From contig OY843751.1 in the NCBI GenBank assembly GCA_963693055.1, positions 5,920,001 through 5,984,000 of the forward strand: a stretch of DNA of 64,000 nucleotides. The letters run 5' to 3'. This document shows, one piece after another, positions 23,171 through 32,033 of the stretch; position 1 is the stretch's first letter; each line of letters begins with the position of its first letter. The translations under genes were made by a program, and so were the position numbers. Under the pieces are notes generated by a model. That model was not told the DNA's origin and did not search any database. It saw nothing but the letters and a program-made list of their open reading frames with translations. The stretch comes from a bacterium (GTDB taxonomy: Bacteria > Zhuqueibacterota > Zhuqueibacteria > Residuimicrobiales > Krinioviventaceae).

Positions 23171-23957
23171 TACGTCGTTCATGAAAGCGTCAATCAAAAC
23201 AGGTGTGGTAATTCTCTTGTTTTTCCTGATCGGCTGTACAGGGTTTAAGCAACAATCTGTATTCAAAGATCAAACCATAAATCTCGCCACATTACAAAAG
23301 ATAACCCAAAACCAATACAATCGCATTCAATCTCTTGATGGCTGGGCAACCATGACGGTGCAATCACCTATGCAGGGTTATAATGCCAGTGCGCACATTC
23401 TCATGAAAAAGCCTGACTCTTTGTATCTTAAAATTGAAGCCACCTTTGGTATTGATGTGGGTATGCTCTTTGCAGACCGCAACCAGTATATGATCTATTC
23501 TCCCATGCAAAACCTCAGCTACAGCGGTCATATTGATTCTTTACACAAGGCCCCATTCCTGGATATGGACATAACCTTTGACCAGTTACTACAAACGGTT
23601 ACCGGCAGTGAACTTTTGACATCCCTAGATGAATGGAAGGTGTCCCAATCCGAAGACGATATCCGCCTAAGCGGCAAATACCGGGATGATGTCTACCTTT
23701 ACCATTTCCATCCGGTTTATGGCAATATTACCCAATTGGAAATTGTGAACAAGGACAGACAAACAGTAGCCTTGCACAAATTCAGTAATTTTAAATCAGT
23801 AAACGGAACCCGTATCCCCTTTCATATATCTATCAACCGGCCATTAGAGAAACAGGGCCTGTCGCTCTTTTATGAACGCATGAAAATCAATAAATCTATT
23901 GATAAAAACGAATTTCATATTAAATTACCAGATAATGTATTAAAGGTGAATTTGTAA
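23160..23957 (+). CDS. DUF4292-family (LolA/LolB-like fold) lipoprotein
   Basis: Lipobox LIGC, DSL...I...FGI.V pattern, position after the TPR gene. Confidence 0.65.
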   Translation: MTNNTSFMKASIKTGVVILLFFLIGCTGFKQQSVFKDQTINLATLQKITQNQYNRIQSLDGWATMTVQSPMQGYNASAHILMKKPDSLYLKIEATFGIDVGMLFADRNQYMIYSPMQNLSYSGHIDSLHKAPFLDMDITFDQLLQTVTGSELLTSLDEWKVSQSEDDIRLSGKYRDDVYLYHFHPVYGNITQLEIVNKDRQTVALHKFSNFKSVNGTRIPFHISINRPLEKQGLSLFYERMKINKSIDKNEFHIKLPDNVLKVNL

Positions 23958-23974
23958 TAAACCCGGAAGTGTTT

Positions 23975-24946
23975 ATGAATAAAGAAAACCACCCCAAAAC
24001 AGACATATCCATCGTTATACCGCTTTACAATGAACAAGACTCGTTAGCTGAACTGCACCAACGCATTGTTAAAGTAATCACTTCTATGGGCCGCAGTTAC
24101 GAGATTGTGTTTGTTGATGATGGTTCAACTGACAATTCTGCGTCAGTAATAGAGAATTTAATATCTCAAGATTCTTACACCAAGCTGCTTCAATTCAGAA
24201 AAAATTATGGCAAAGCTGCCGGCTTGGCAGCCGGTTTTGAATATGCTTCCGGCACGTATGTAATTACCATGGACGCGGATTTGCAGGATGACCCCAACGA
24301 GATCCCCAATCTGATTGCCAAGCTTGAAGAGGGTTATGATCTGGTATCGGGTTGGAAAAAAATCCGTCACGATCCTTTTATCAAAAAGCATACATCTAAA
24401 ATATACAATTACTTTACATCCGTTTTTAGCGGTCTCAAACTGCACGATTTCAATTGCGGCCTCAAAGCCTATAAACTGGATGTTGTCAAAAGCCTACATG
24501 TTTATGGAGAAATGCACCGCTATCTGCCCGTTATGGCGCACCATAACGGCTTTCGGGTTACTGAAATACCGGTCAAACATTTTGAGCGAAAACATGGTAA
24601 ATCAAAATTCGGTTCTGCCCGCTTTGTAAGAGGCGCCTTTGATTTATTGACCATTACCTTTTTAACAAAATATAAAAAACGTCCGTTGCACCTGTTTGGT
24701 ATGCTGGGTCTACTCAGCTCTTTTCTGGGAACCCTGGTTCTAGCTTATTTGACTTATCAGCGTATTTTTATGAACATTTATCTCAGCAACAGGCCCATTC
24801 TGCTGCTGGGAATTTTATTGATCATTGTGGGACTGCAATTTTTCTCCATCGGCCTGATTGGTGAAATGATCATCTCTGTTCGTCATGATAATGAAACCTA
24901 TGTACTAAAACAGGCCCGGGGCTGGAAAGAGAATGACGAATCTTAA
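23975..24946 (+). CDS. GT2 polyprenol-phosphate glycosyltransferase (ArnC/CsbB/GtrB-like)
   Basis: SIVIPLYNE, VDDGSTD, MDADLQDDP, HDFNCGLKAY; two C-terminal TM helices. Confidence 0.92.
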   Translation: MNKENHPKTDISIVIPLYNEQDSLAELHQRIVKVITSMGRSYEIVFVDDGSTDNSASVIENLISQDSYTKLLQFRKNYGKAAGLAAGFEYASGTYVITMDADLQDDPNEIPNLIAKLEEGYDLVSGWKKIRHDPFIKKHTSKIYNYFTSVFSGLKLHDFNCGLKAYKLDVVKSLHVYGEMHRYLPVMAHHNGFRVTEIPVKHFERKHGKSKFGSARFVRGAFDLLTITFLTKYKKRPLHLFGMLGLLSSFLGTLVLAYLTYQRIFMNIYLSNRPILLLGILLIIVGLQFFSIGLIGEMIISVRHDNETYVLKQARGWKENDES

Positions 24947-26267
24947 TTCCCCTGATCGAAAAAAAGTACTGATCATCAGCTATTACTTTCCCCCATCCGG
25001 TGGCGCCGGTGTACAGCGTACTTTGAAATTTGTCAAATATCTGCGCGACTTTGGCTGGGAACCCGTGGTTCTCACTGCCAATAATGCCGACTATCCCGCA
25101 TACGATGACACCCTGGCCAAAGAAATACCCGACGGGGTCAAGGTGTATCAATCTACTATTATTGAACCCTATCGTTTTTACCGTAAACTTACCGGCCGTG
25201 CCGAGGGGGAAGCTACAGACATTGCAACCCTCACCCTGGATTCGGAGCAGAAACAAAAATGGACCGAACGGCTTGCCGAATGGGTACGTTCCGCGTTTTT
25301 CGTTCCCGATGCCCGTATCGGTTGGCTGCCCTTTGCATATAATCTGGGTAAAAAAATTATTGAACGTGAAAATATTGATATAATCTATTCTACTGCCCCG
25401 CCATACACAACACATTTGATTGGCCTGGCACTGCACAAAAAATCAAATTTACCCTGGGTAGTTGATTTTCGGGATTCATGGATTGGCTGGCTGTCTACAC
25501 CGCAATGGCGCCCCAAATTGTCACGTGCTTTGGAAAAATGGATGGAACGGTCTGTACTGCGAGATGCCAGCACTTTGATTTCTGTTACTCCCGGGGTAAA
25601 AGAAGATCTACTCAGCAGGAACCCGCAATACAGAGACGAACGCTGGAAGCTGCTGTATAACGGGTTTGATCCGGAAGACTTTGAAAACGTTGAAACAAAA
25701 CCCAAATCAGAAAAGACTACTATTATCTATACCGGTTCACTTTATGGGAACCGAAATCCGGAATACCTGGTGCAAGCACTGGAATCACTCCAAAAAGAAA
25801 ATCCAGACTTTACGGAAAAGCTGAGACTGCTCTTTGTAGGACGTGTGGGTGAACCAATAATAAACCGATTGGAATCGAGCAGCATTTCTCATCTGGTTGA
25901 ACGGATTCCCTATGTGACCCATAGCGAAAGCATAGCCTGGTTAAAATCCGCAGATATTTCTCTATTGATCATTGATGACTCGCCCGAAAACTATGGCATT
26001 CTTACCGGTAAATTATTCGAATATATCGGCGCCGGGAATCCGGTACTTGCATTGGCACCAGATGGTGATGCGGCACAATTGATTAAAAAATATGATCTGG
26101 GCTTTACCTCGCATCCCAAAAACCCGGATGATATAAAAAAAGCTTTATTCGCCAGCGTTGAACAGGCAGATAAAAAGAAGATATCGGCAAAAGAATTCAC
26201 CGCCTTTAGTCGCTATAAGTTGACCGGGGAACTGGCAAAACATTTTGACCAGTTGATAAAAAAATGA
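24933..26267 (+). CDS. GT4 family glycosyltransferase
   Basis: YYFPP.GG.GVQR, DFRD.W, NGFD, GKLFEY. Confidence 0.88.
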   Translation: MTNLNSPDRKKVLIISYYFPPSGGAGVQRTLKFVKYLRDFGWEPVVLTANNADYPAYDDTLAKEIPDGVKVYQSTIIEPYRFYRKLTGRAEGEATDIATLTLDSEQKQKWTERLAEWVRSAFFVPDARIGWLPFAYNLGKKIIERENIDIIYSTAPPYTTHLIGLALHKKSNLPWVVDFRDSWIGWLSTPQWRPKLSRALEKWMERSVLRDASTLISVTPGVKEDLLSRNPQYRDERWKLLYNGFDPEDFENVETKPKSEKTTIIYTGSLYGNRNPEYLVQALESLQKENPDFTEKLRLLFVGRVGEPIINRLESSSISHLVERIPYVTHSESIAWLKSADISLLIIDDSPENYGILTGKLFEYIGAGNPVLALAPDGDAAQLIKKYDLGFTSHPKNPDDIKKALFASVEQADKKKISAKEFTAFSRYKLTGELAKHFDQLIKK

Positions 26268-26347
26268 ATATCCTGAAAAACTGTTGAGTTGTAACAATAT
26301 TATCTGTATAATTAGTAAATCTTGTTTACAAAAATACGAGGACTATT

Positions 26348-28897
26348 GTGGGTACAAAACAATCATCCAAAAAACCGTCACAGTTGAATATAAAACCAAA
26401 AAGCTCATTCATTCAAGACCATCCGGTTTGGACCTTTGTCATAGCGGCCCTGATCTTGCTGACAGTATTCTATTTTCAAGTCCTTTTTGGAGGCAAATCC
26501 CTGGTTTCTCCAGATAAAATGACCTCAAAGGCCACCATACAATTTGTTAAACACAATCCATACGATATCGATTTCCCCTTGTGGTGTCCGTTCATATTCA
26601 GCGGCATGCCCTCATATTCCAGTATGCTATCCATACCCAAGATTGTGAACCCTGTTGATGGTCCCATTCGCGGGATTATTGAAACCCTCAAGCTCCATCA
26701 CGATCCCAATTTCTTTTTTGTTTTCATCAATTACCTGTTGTTTGGATTATTAACCTTTATATTTTTGAGGGACCAAAAAATAGGGCTTTTACCCGCAGCC
26801 TTTGCCGGCATTGTATTAATGTTTCTACCTCAATTTATAGCATTTACGTCATATGGGCATAATACAAAGTTCCTCTCCCTCATGCTGATCCCGTTAATTT
26901 TACTACTGGCAAACAAGCTTTTTGAAAAACGCAACCTGCTCTATTTTGTATTACTTGCCCTTACCCTTGGGCTGCAGCTCATTCGAGCGCATGTGCAGGT
27001 CTGCTATTACACCTATCTGATGTTGGGCATCTATTATCTGGTTACCGTAATCAATACCTACAGAACCAGCAAAAAAGTATCAGACATTTTGGTCCCCGCC
27101 GGTTTACTGGCTGGAGTAATACTGGTTGCTGTTTTACTTTCCTCTATTGTATACATTTCGGTTTATGATTATCAGCATTATTCCATCCGCGGATCGAGTG
27201 AAGGCAGCGGTCTCGATTTTGATTATGCCTCCGGCTGGTCTTTCCATCCGCTCGAGATGGTTACGTTCATCATCCCTTCTTTTATGGGATTTGGCGGAGC
27301 AACCTATTGGGGTAAAATGCCCTTTACCGATTACCCGCTCTATTTCAGTGTGCTGGTTTTATTTTTTGCCGGTGCCGCACTGGTATTGCGTAGAGATAAA
27401 AACACCACGTTTTTTGGCATTCTTGCACTGTTCTCCTTGCTGGTTTCTTTTGGTAAACATTTTGGGGTTTTGTATACCCCCATGTTTAAATTTCTCCCCT
27501 TTTTCAACAAATTCCGTATACCCAGCATGATCCATATAGTGCTGGATATCGCTATGGTGATTCTTGCAGCTTATGGTATTCAGGCACTGATTGATCTGTA
27601 CAATAAAGAAAGCAATCCCAAAAAGCCGGATCCCGCCATTGGCAGAATCAAAAAATATTTCTGGGCGTATTTGGGAGTTATTGGATTGTTTACCCTGTAT
27701 ATGCTATTTGCGCATACCTCCTTTACTACAATGGTAGCAAACAGCCGCAGTCACCTTTCTGCCGCAATGCGCGAACAGGCGTACCACATTGCTTTGATGG
27801 ACAGCTTTAAATCTCTGGTTCTGACAGCCATAGCTATAGGATTATCTGTTCAGTTGGTTAATAAAAAACTATCCGTATCCTTTTTCGGGTTATTTATGAT
27901 TGTACTGGTTGTTGCTGACTTGTGGATGATCGATTACAAAATCATGAAACCCCAGGATGTTGTAAGCGAAGAATCTTACTTTAATGAAACACCTGCAGTA
28001 CAATATATGAAAAAGGACACGGATCTTTTCCGTATTTATCCCGCTCGCGATGATAAAGCCGCAAACTGGTACATGTACCACAATATCGCAAGTATTAATG
28101 GTTACAGTGCTGCCAAGATCAGAATCTATCAGGACTTTTTGGAAGAAAGCGGTTATGGCTCTGGCAACAGCCCCTTTATCATGAAATACTGGCGTAATGT
28201 TATGCGAAACAACAGACCCAGCATGGAACCCGTTCCTCCTGAACAAATTGATCCCGGGCGCCTCAATTTTGATTATGCCATGATGGACATGCTTAACATT
28301 AAGTATATACTGTCCATGGGGCTTCCCATAACCGATCCCCGGTTCAAGGTTGCAACACAATATCCCATCATGTATCAGGGACAACGATGGAATTATTTTG
28401 TCTATGAAAACACTAAAGTCTTGCCTCGTGCGTTTTTTGCAGATACGGTAACTGTATTGAATGGTAAAAAAGCAATTTTTGACTATATGAAGAGCGGTCA
28501 GTTCAATCCACGGGAAACTGCCATACTTGAAGAAGCACCCCCCATGACCGTTTTCCACTCTACAGAGAATACTGCCGAGGTTACCCATTTTGATCTGCAC
28601 AATATTAAGATTAAAGCACAAGCAGCCAAAGCCGGTGTTTTGGTCTTGAGTGAAGTGTATTACCCAGCCGGTTGGAAAGCCTATGTAGATGGTGTTGAAA
28701 CCAAAATCTACAAGACCAATTACCTGCTGCGTTCCATCTTTTTGGAACCGGGTGAGCACGAGATAGAATTCAGGTTCCATCCCGAATCTTTTTTCCTGGG
28801 AATGTGGATCAGCGTCATTACCTTTGTTGTACTGCTGCTCATACTGGTAGGTTTGGGAGCAAACTATTTAAAGAACAGGTCAAAAGTGCAGGCTTAG
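26348..28897 (+). CDS. YfhO-family multi-pass membrane glycosyltransferase (GT-C)
   Basis: PLW.P..FSGMP, many TM helices, KFR.P, C-terminal SEVYYP.GWKAYVDG...G.H.I.F.F.P. Confidence 0.88.
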   Translation: MGTKQSSKKPSQLNIKPKSSFIQDHPVWTFVIAALILLTVFYFQVLFGGKSLVSPDKMTSKATIQFVKHNPYDIDFPLWCPFIFSGMPSYSSMLSIPKIVNPVDGPIRGIIETLKLHHDPNFFFVFINYLLFGLLTFIFLRDQKIGLLPAAFAGIVLMFLPQFIAFTSYGHNTKFLSLMLIPLILLLANKLFEKRNLLYFVLLALTLGLQLIRAHVQVCYYTYLMLGIYYLVTVINTYRTSKKVSDILVPAGLLAGVILVAVLLSSIVYISVYDYQHYSIRGSSEGSGLDFDYASGWSFHPLEMVTFIIPSFMGFGGATYWGKMPFTDYPLYFSVLVLFFAGAALVLRRDKNTTFFGILALFSLLVSFGKHFGVLYTPMFKFLPFFNKFRIPSMIHIVLDIAMVILAAYGIQALIDLYNKESNPKKPDPAIGRIKKYFWAYLGVIGLFTLYMLFAHTSFTTMVANSRSHLSAAMREQAYHIALMDSFKSLVLTAIAIGLSVQLVNKKLSVSFFGLFMIVLVVADLWMIDYKIMKPQDVVSEESYFNETPAVQYMKKDTDLFRIYPARDDKAANWYMYHNIASINGYSAAKIRIYQDFLEESGYGSGNSPFIMKYWRNVMRNNRPSMEPVPPEQIDPGRLNFDYAMMDMLNIKYILSMGLPITDPRFKVATQYPIMYQGQRWNYFVYENTKVLPRAFFADTVTVLNGKKAIFDYMKSGQFNPRETAILEEAPPMTVFHSTENTAEVTHFDLHNIKIKAQAAKAGVLVLSEVYYPAGWKAYVDGVETKIYKTNYLLRSIFLEPGEHEIEFRFHPESFFLGMWISVITFVVLLLILVGLGANYLKNRSKVQA

Positions 28898-28899
28898 CC

Positions 28900-30099
28900 A
28901 TGTTTTCCATACGTAAAACTTTATACATGATGTCGGGCACTTTGCGCGGCATCTTTTTTATTCTTATACTTGCTGTAATATTGGGCATGGTGCTATATAC
29001 ACAGCAGATGGTAAACGGGCTTCGCCGTGAAGCGCGTGAAATTGTGGGCATTTATGTCACCACCATTAAACGGATCGCATCTGACCCCCTGGCGCCCGAA
29101 GCTTTGGGCTGGTCGTTTGAAAATATTACACAGCGCACCAACTTTCCTCTCATTCTGACCGATTCTGATAAAAACCCAACAACCTGGAAAAGTATTGGCA
29201 TCCCTGAAACCAATCCCTCCAAAGAAACACTGGCTAAAATTCGCAATATGATGGCAAAAATGGAAAAGGAAAACGAGCCCATTGCCATAACCTATGACGA
29301 TACGGTTCTAAACTATCTCTATTATGGAGATTCAAAACTGATCACACAACTGATTTTCCTGCCCTATATATCCATTGTTGGACTGGGCTTGTTACTCTTG
29401 CTGGCTTTTTTAGGATTCAGCAGTATTAAACAAAGTGAACAACGGTTCATCTGGGTGGGTATGGCCAAAGAAACGGCACATCAACTTGGTACTCCCATCT
29501 CTTCCCTGATGGGATGGCAGGAGGTGTTGAAATCCGATTCCGGTAATGCTGAAAATGTTAGCTTTGTATCCACTGAAATGGAAAACGACATTAAACGTTT
29601 AGAAAAAGTGGCCGCGCGTTTTTCTCAAATCGGTTCCAAAACACAGCTAAAACCGCAAGATATTCATCCCATTCTTTCAGATATTATGGTTTATTTCAAG
29701 AGACGTTTACCCCAAACCGGCAAAGAGATTAAGTTGATTGAAAATTTTGGAGAGATCCCTGTGGTTTCACTTAACCGGGACCTTTTTGAATGGACAGTTG
29801 AAAATCTGATTAAAAATGCCATTGACGCAGTCAAGGGTAAACAGGGTGTTATTGAATTGATTACCGGTGTATTGCCCGATGGAAACATCTACCTGGACGT
29901 TAAAGACAATGGCATCGGAATCTCTACAAAAGGAAAGCGTGATATTTTCAAAGCCGGATACAGCACCAAAAAACGGGGTTGGGGGTTGGGACTCAACCTG
30001 GCCAAACGGATTGTTGAAGAATACCATAATGGTAAACTGTTCATCAAAGAGTCTCATGTGGGCAAAGGTACAACCATGAGGGTTATCCTTAAACCATGA
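28900..30099 (+). CDS. Membrane sensor histidine kinase (no adjacent response regulator)
   Basis: WVGMAKETAHQLGTP H-box, ENLIKNAIDA, DNG.G, GWGLGL. Confidence 0.93.
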   Translation: MFSIRKTLYMMSGTLRGIFFILILAVILGMVLYTQQMVNGLRREAREIVGIYVTTIKRIASDPLAPEALGWSFENITQRTNFPLILTDSDKNPTTWKSIGIPETNPSKETLAKIRNMMAKMEKENEPIAITYDDTVLNYLYYGDSKLITQLIFLPYISIVGLGLLLLLAFLGFSSIKQSEQRFIWVGMAKETAHQLGTPISSLMGWQEVLKSDSGNAENVSFVSTEMENDIKRLEKVAARFSQIGSKTQLKPQDIHPILSDIMVYFKRRLPQTGKEIKLIENFGEIPVVSLNRDLFEWTVENLIKNAIDAVKGKQGVIELITGVLPDGNIYLDVKDNGIGISTKGKRDIFKAGYSTKKRGWGLGLNLAKRIVEEYHNGKLFIKESHVGKGTTMRVILKP

Positions 30100-30839
30100 A
30101 TAAATCCTCACACAAAACCATCCTGATCACCGGTTCATCAAAAGGCCTGGGACAAAAAACCGCCCTGAGACTGGCATCCGAGGATACAACGATTATTATC
30201 AATTATCATACAGATCATATCGCCGCAAAAGAAACAGCAGATCAGATAAATTCCTCCGGAGGACATGCAATAGCCATTCAGGCAGACGTCCGCCAGGAAC
30301 CGGATGTTAACAATATGTTTCGACAAATAAAGAAAAAGACCGGCAGTGTTGATATATTGATAAACAACGTTGGTGATTTTGTTTTCAAAGCCTTTGATGA
30401 AACAAGCTTTAAAGAATGGCAGGATATGCTCAGCAGCAATCTCAACAGCTGCTTTCTCTGCTGTAAAGCCGCCTTGCCAGACATGCGTTTAAATAAATGG
30501 GGACGAATCATCAACATAGGTCTTGCCAATGCCGGTGTGAAAGCGTATCAAAATGTGGTTCCCTACTCTATTGCTAAAACCGGGGTACATATATTAACCA
30601 AATCCCTGGCAAAGCAGGAAGCACCCAATGGCATAACCGTTAATATTATTGCTCCCGGATTAATGGACAATGGCAGGTTATCGGAAGAACAGTTAAAGAT
30701 GCAAGCCAGTACCGTTCCCATGGGAAGGAGCGGAACCGCAGAGGATGTTTTAGGCGCCGTTCAATATCTGATCAGTGAACAAGCTCAATATGTAACGGGC
30801 ACCGAGCTTGTTGTCAGCGGTGGATGGGGTCTTTCCTGA
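30096..30839 (+). CDS. Short-chain dehydrogenase/reductase (FabG-like)
   Basis: TGSSKGLG, NNVG, YSIAK, PG. Confidence 0.9.
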   Translation: MNKSSHKTILITGSSKGLGQKTALRLASEDTTIIINYHTDHIAAKETADQINSSGGHAIAIQADVRQEPDVNNMFRQIKKKTGSVDILINNVGDFVFKAFDETSFKEWQDMLSSNLNSCFLCCKAALPDMRLNKWGRIINIGLANAGVKAYQNVVPYSIAKTGVHILTKSLAKQEAPNGITVNIIAPGLMDNGRLSEEQLKMQASTVPMGRSGTAEDVLGAVQYLISEQAQYVTGTELVVSGGWGLS

Positions 30840-31389
30840 TCATATAAAAGCTCAAATCCATCAATACAAAATCACTGATTTTGGTAAACATCATTTTGGG
30901 GATCTTTATATTATGTCTTTGCAATCCAAGCTCAAAACCACTCTGTACCTGCATCTTGTTATCAATAAGCGAAATTCTTCCATCAATGACATAAGGCTGC
31001 TCAACTCCATGCAAATTTAATGTTCCCTCAACCGTGACATCAAAATCATTACCCGTCTCTAATGTATCAATTGCAGTCAATATACCGGTATAAACGGCAT
31101 AAGGATACTTATCGGTTTGGAGGTATTTCTCCTGCATTTGCTGGTTTCTCTTGGCAATCCCGGTATCCATATCTCTCAAATCAACCTGAAAGTAAAATTC
31201 ACTTTCTGTCAGAGGGTTCTCCCCTTCCCATTTGACAAATCCATCTATCATTGCTGTTGATCCGTCAAACTGCTCCATAGGTGCATGAACCATAAACAGC
31301 ACCATATTATCCGCTTCAGTATCAACTTGATATTCAGCTGAAAATCCTGCAGCGGCAAAAAGCAAAATTATATAAATCCATTTTTTCAT
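30814..31389 (-). CDS. YceI-family lipid/polyisoprenoid-binding protein
   Basis: Signal peptide, DTGIAKRN, L.TDKYP, GTLNLHGV; 3' end overlaps the SDR by 26 bp. Confidence 0.85.
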   Translation of the reverse strand: MKKWIYIILLFAAAGFSAEYQVDTEADNMVLFMVHAPMEQFDGSTAMIDGFVKWEGENPLTESEFYFQVDLRDMDTGIAKRNQQMQEKYLQTDKYPYAVYTGILTAIDTLETGNDFDVTVEGTLNLHGVEQPYVIDGRISLIDNKMQVQSGFELGLQRHNIKIPKMMFTKISDFVLMDLSFYMIRKDPIHR

Positions 31390-31520
31390 AGAGATCCGCT
31401 ATTAATGATAGATTGAATATAATAAATTTGTCTTGTATTAAGCAACCTTTCATATAGAATTATGCTTTGATATGTATACGGGAATTTGTAAGTTTGTTTC
31501 TAAAAATCAATGAGGTTTTT

Positions 31521-31910
31521 ATGTTAAAATGGTCAACCGCTATTCTTTTGGCTCTCGCTTTATTTTCTTCATGCAAAGAAAAAGTTCAAGATAAAGCCCA
31601 TGTAAGCCATATACTGGTCATGTACAAAGGCGCTTCAATGACTCCTGCTACATTAACACGCACAAAACAGGAAGCCTATGCAATTGCCACTGAATTATTA
31701 TACCAGGTCAAAAACGGCGGTGATTTTGCAGAAATTGCCAAACAATATTCCGATTGTGTCAGTAGTAGTCTGGGCGGCAAGCTGGATCCCTTTAAACGCG
31801 GTGTAATGGCAATCCCTTTTGAAAATGCGGCATTCAAGTTGAAAAGCGGTGAAATCAGCAATATTGTGGAAACTGAATTTGGTTTTCATATCATCAAAGC
31901 AGATCCATAA
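31521..31910 (+). CDS. Parvulin-type peptidyl-prolyl isomerase (lipoprotein)
   Basis: Lipobox FSSC, SHILV, FAEIAKQYSD, GG.L, FE.AAF, ETEFGFHII. Confidence 0.92.
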   Translation: MLKWSTAILLALALFSSCKEKVQDKAHVSHILVMYKGASMTPATLTRTKQEAYAIATELLYQVKNGGDFAEIAKQYSDCVSSSLGGKLDPFKRGVMAIPFENAAFKLKSGEISNIVETEFGFHIIKADP

Positions 31911-32033
31911 TCCCCGCACTTACATTCTTAAACCTTAAAAAAGTCTTTATTTTACTTGATATTTATTCCATTGTTATGTAACATTGTGTGTTCCTGAATT
32001 AAATTAGATTTTTGAAAACCCAGGGAGTACCCT

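Noticed and set aside
27890-28780. 296-aa minus-strand ORF (and similar ORFs at 24870-25436 and 53585-54160)
   Set aside because: Antisense shadows of well-supported genes with no recognisable motifs.
30814-30839. Convergent 26-bp overlap of the SDR and YceI genes
   Set aside because: Short tail-to-tail overlaps are common and both proteins look complete.
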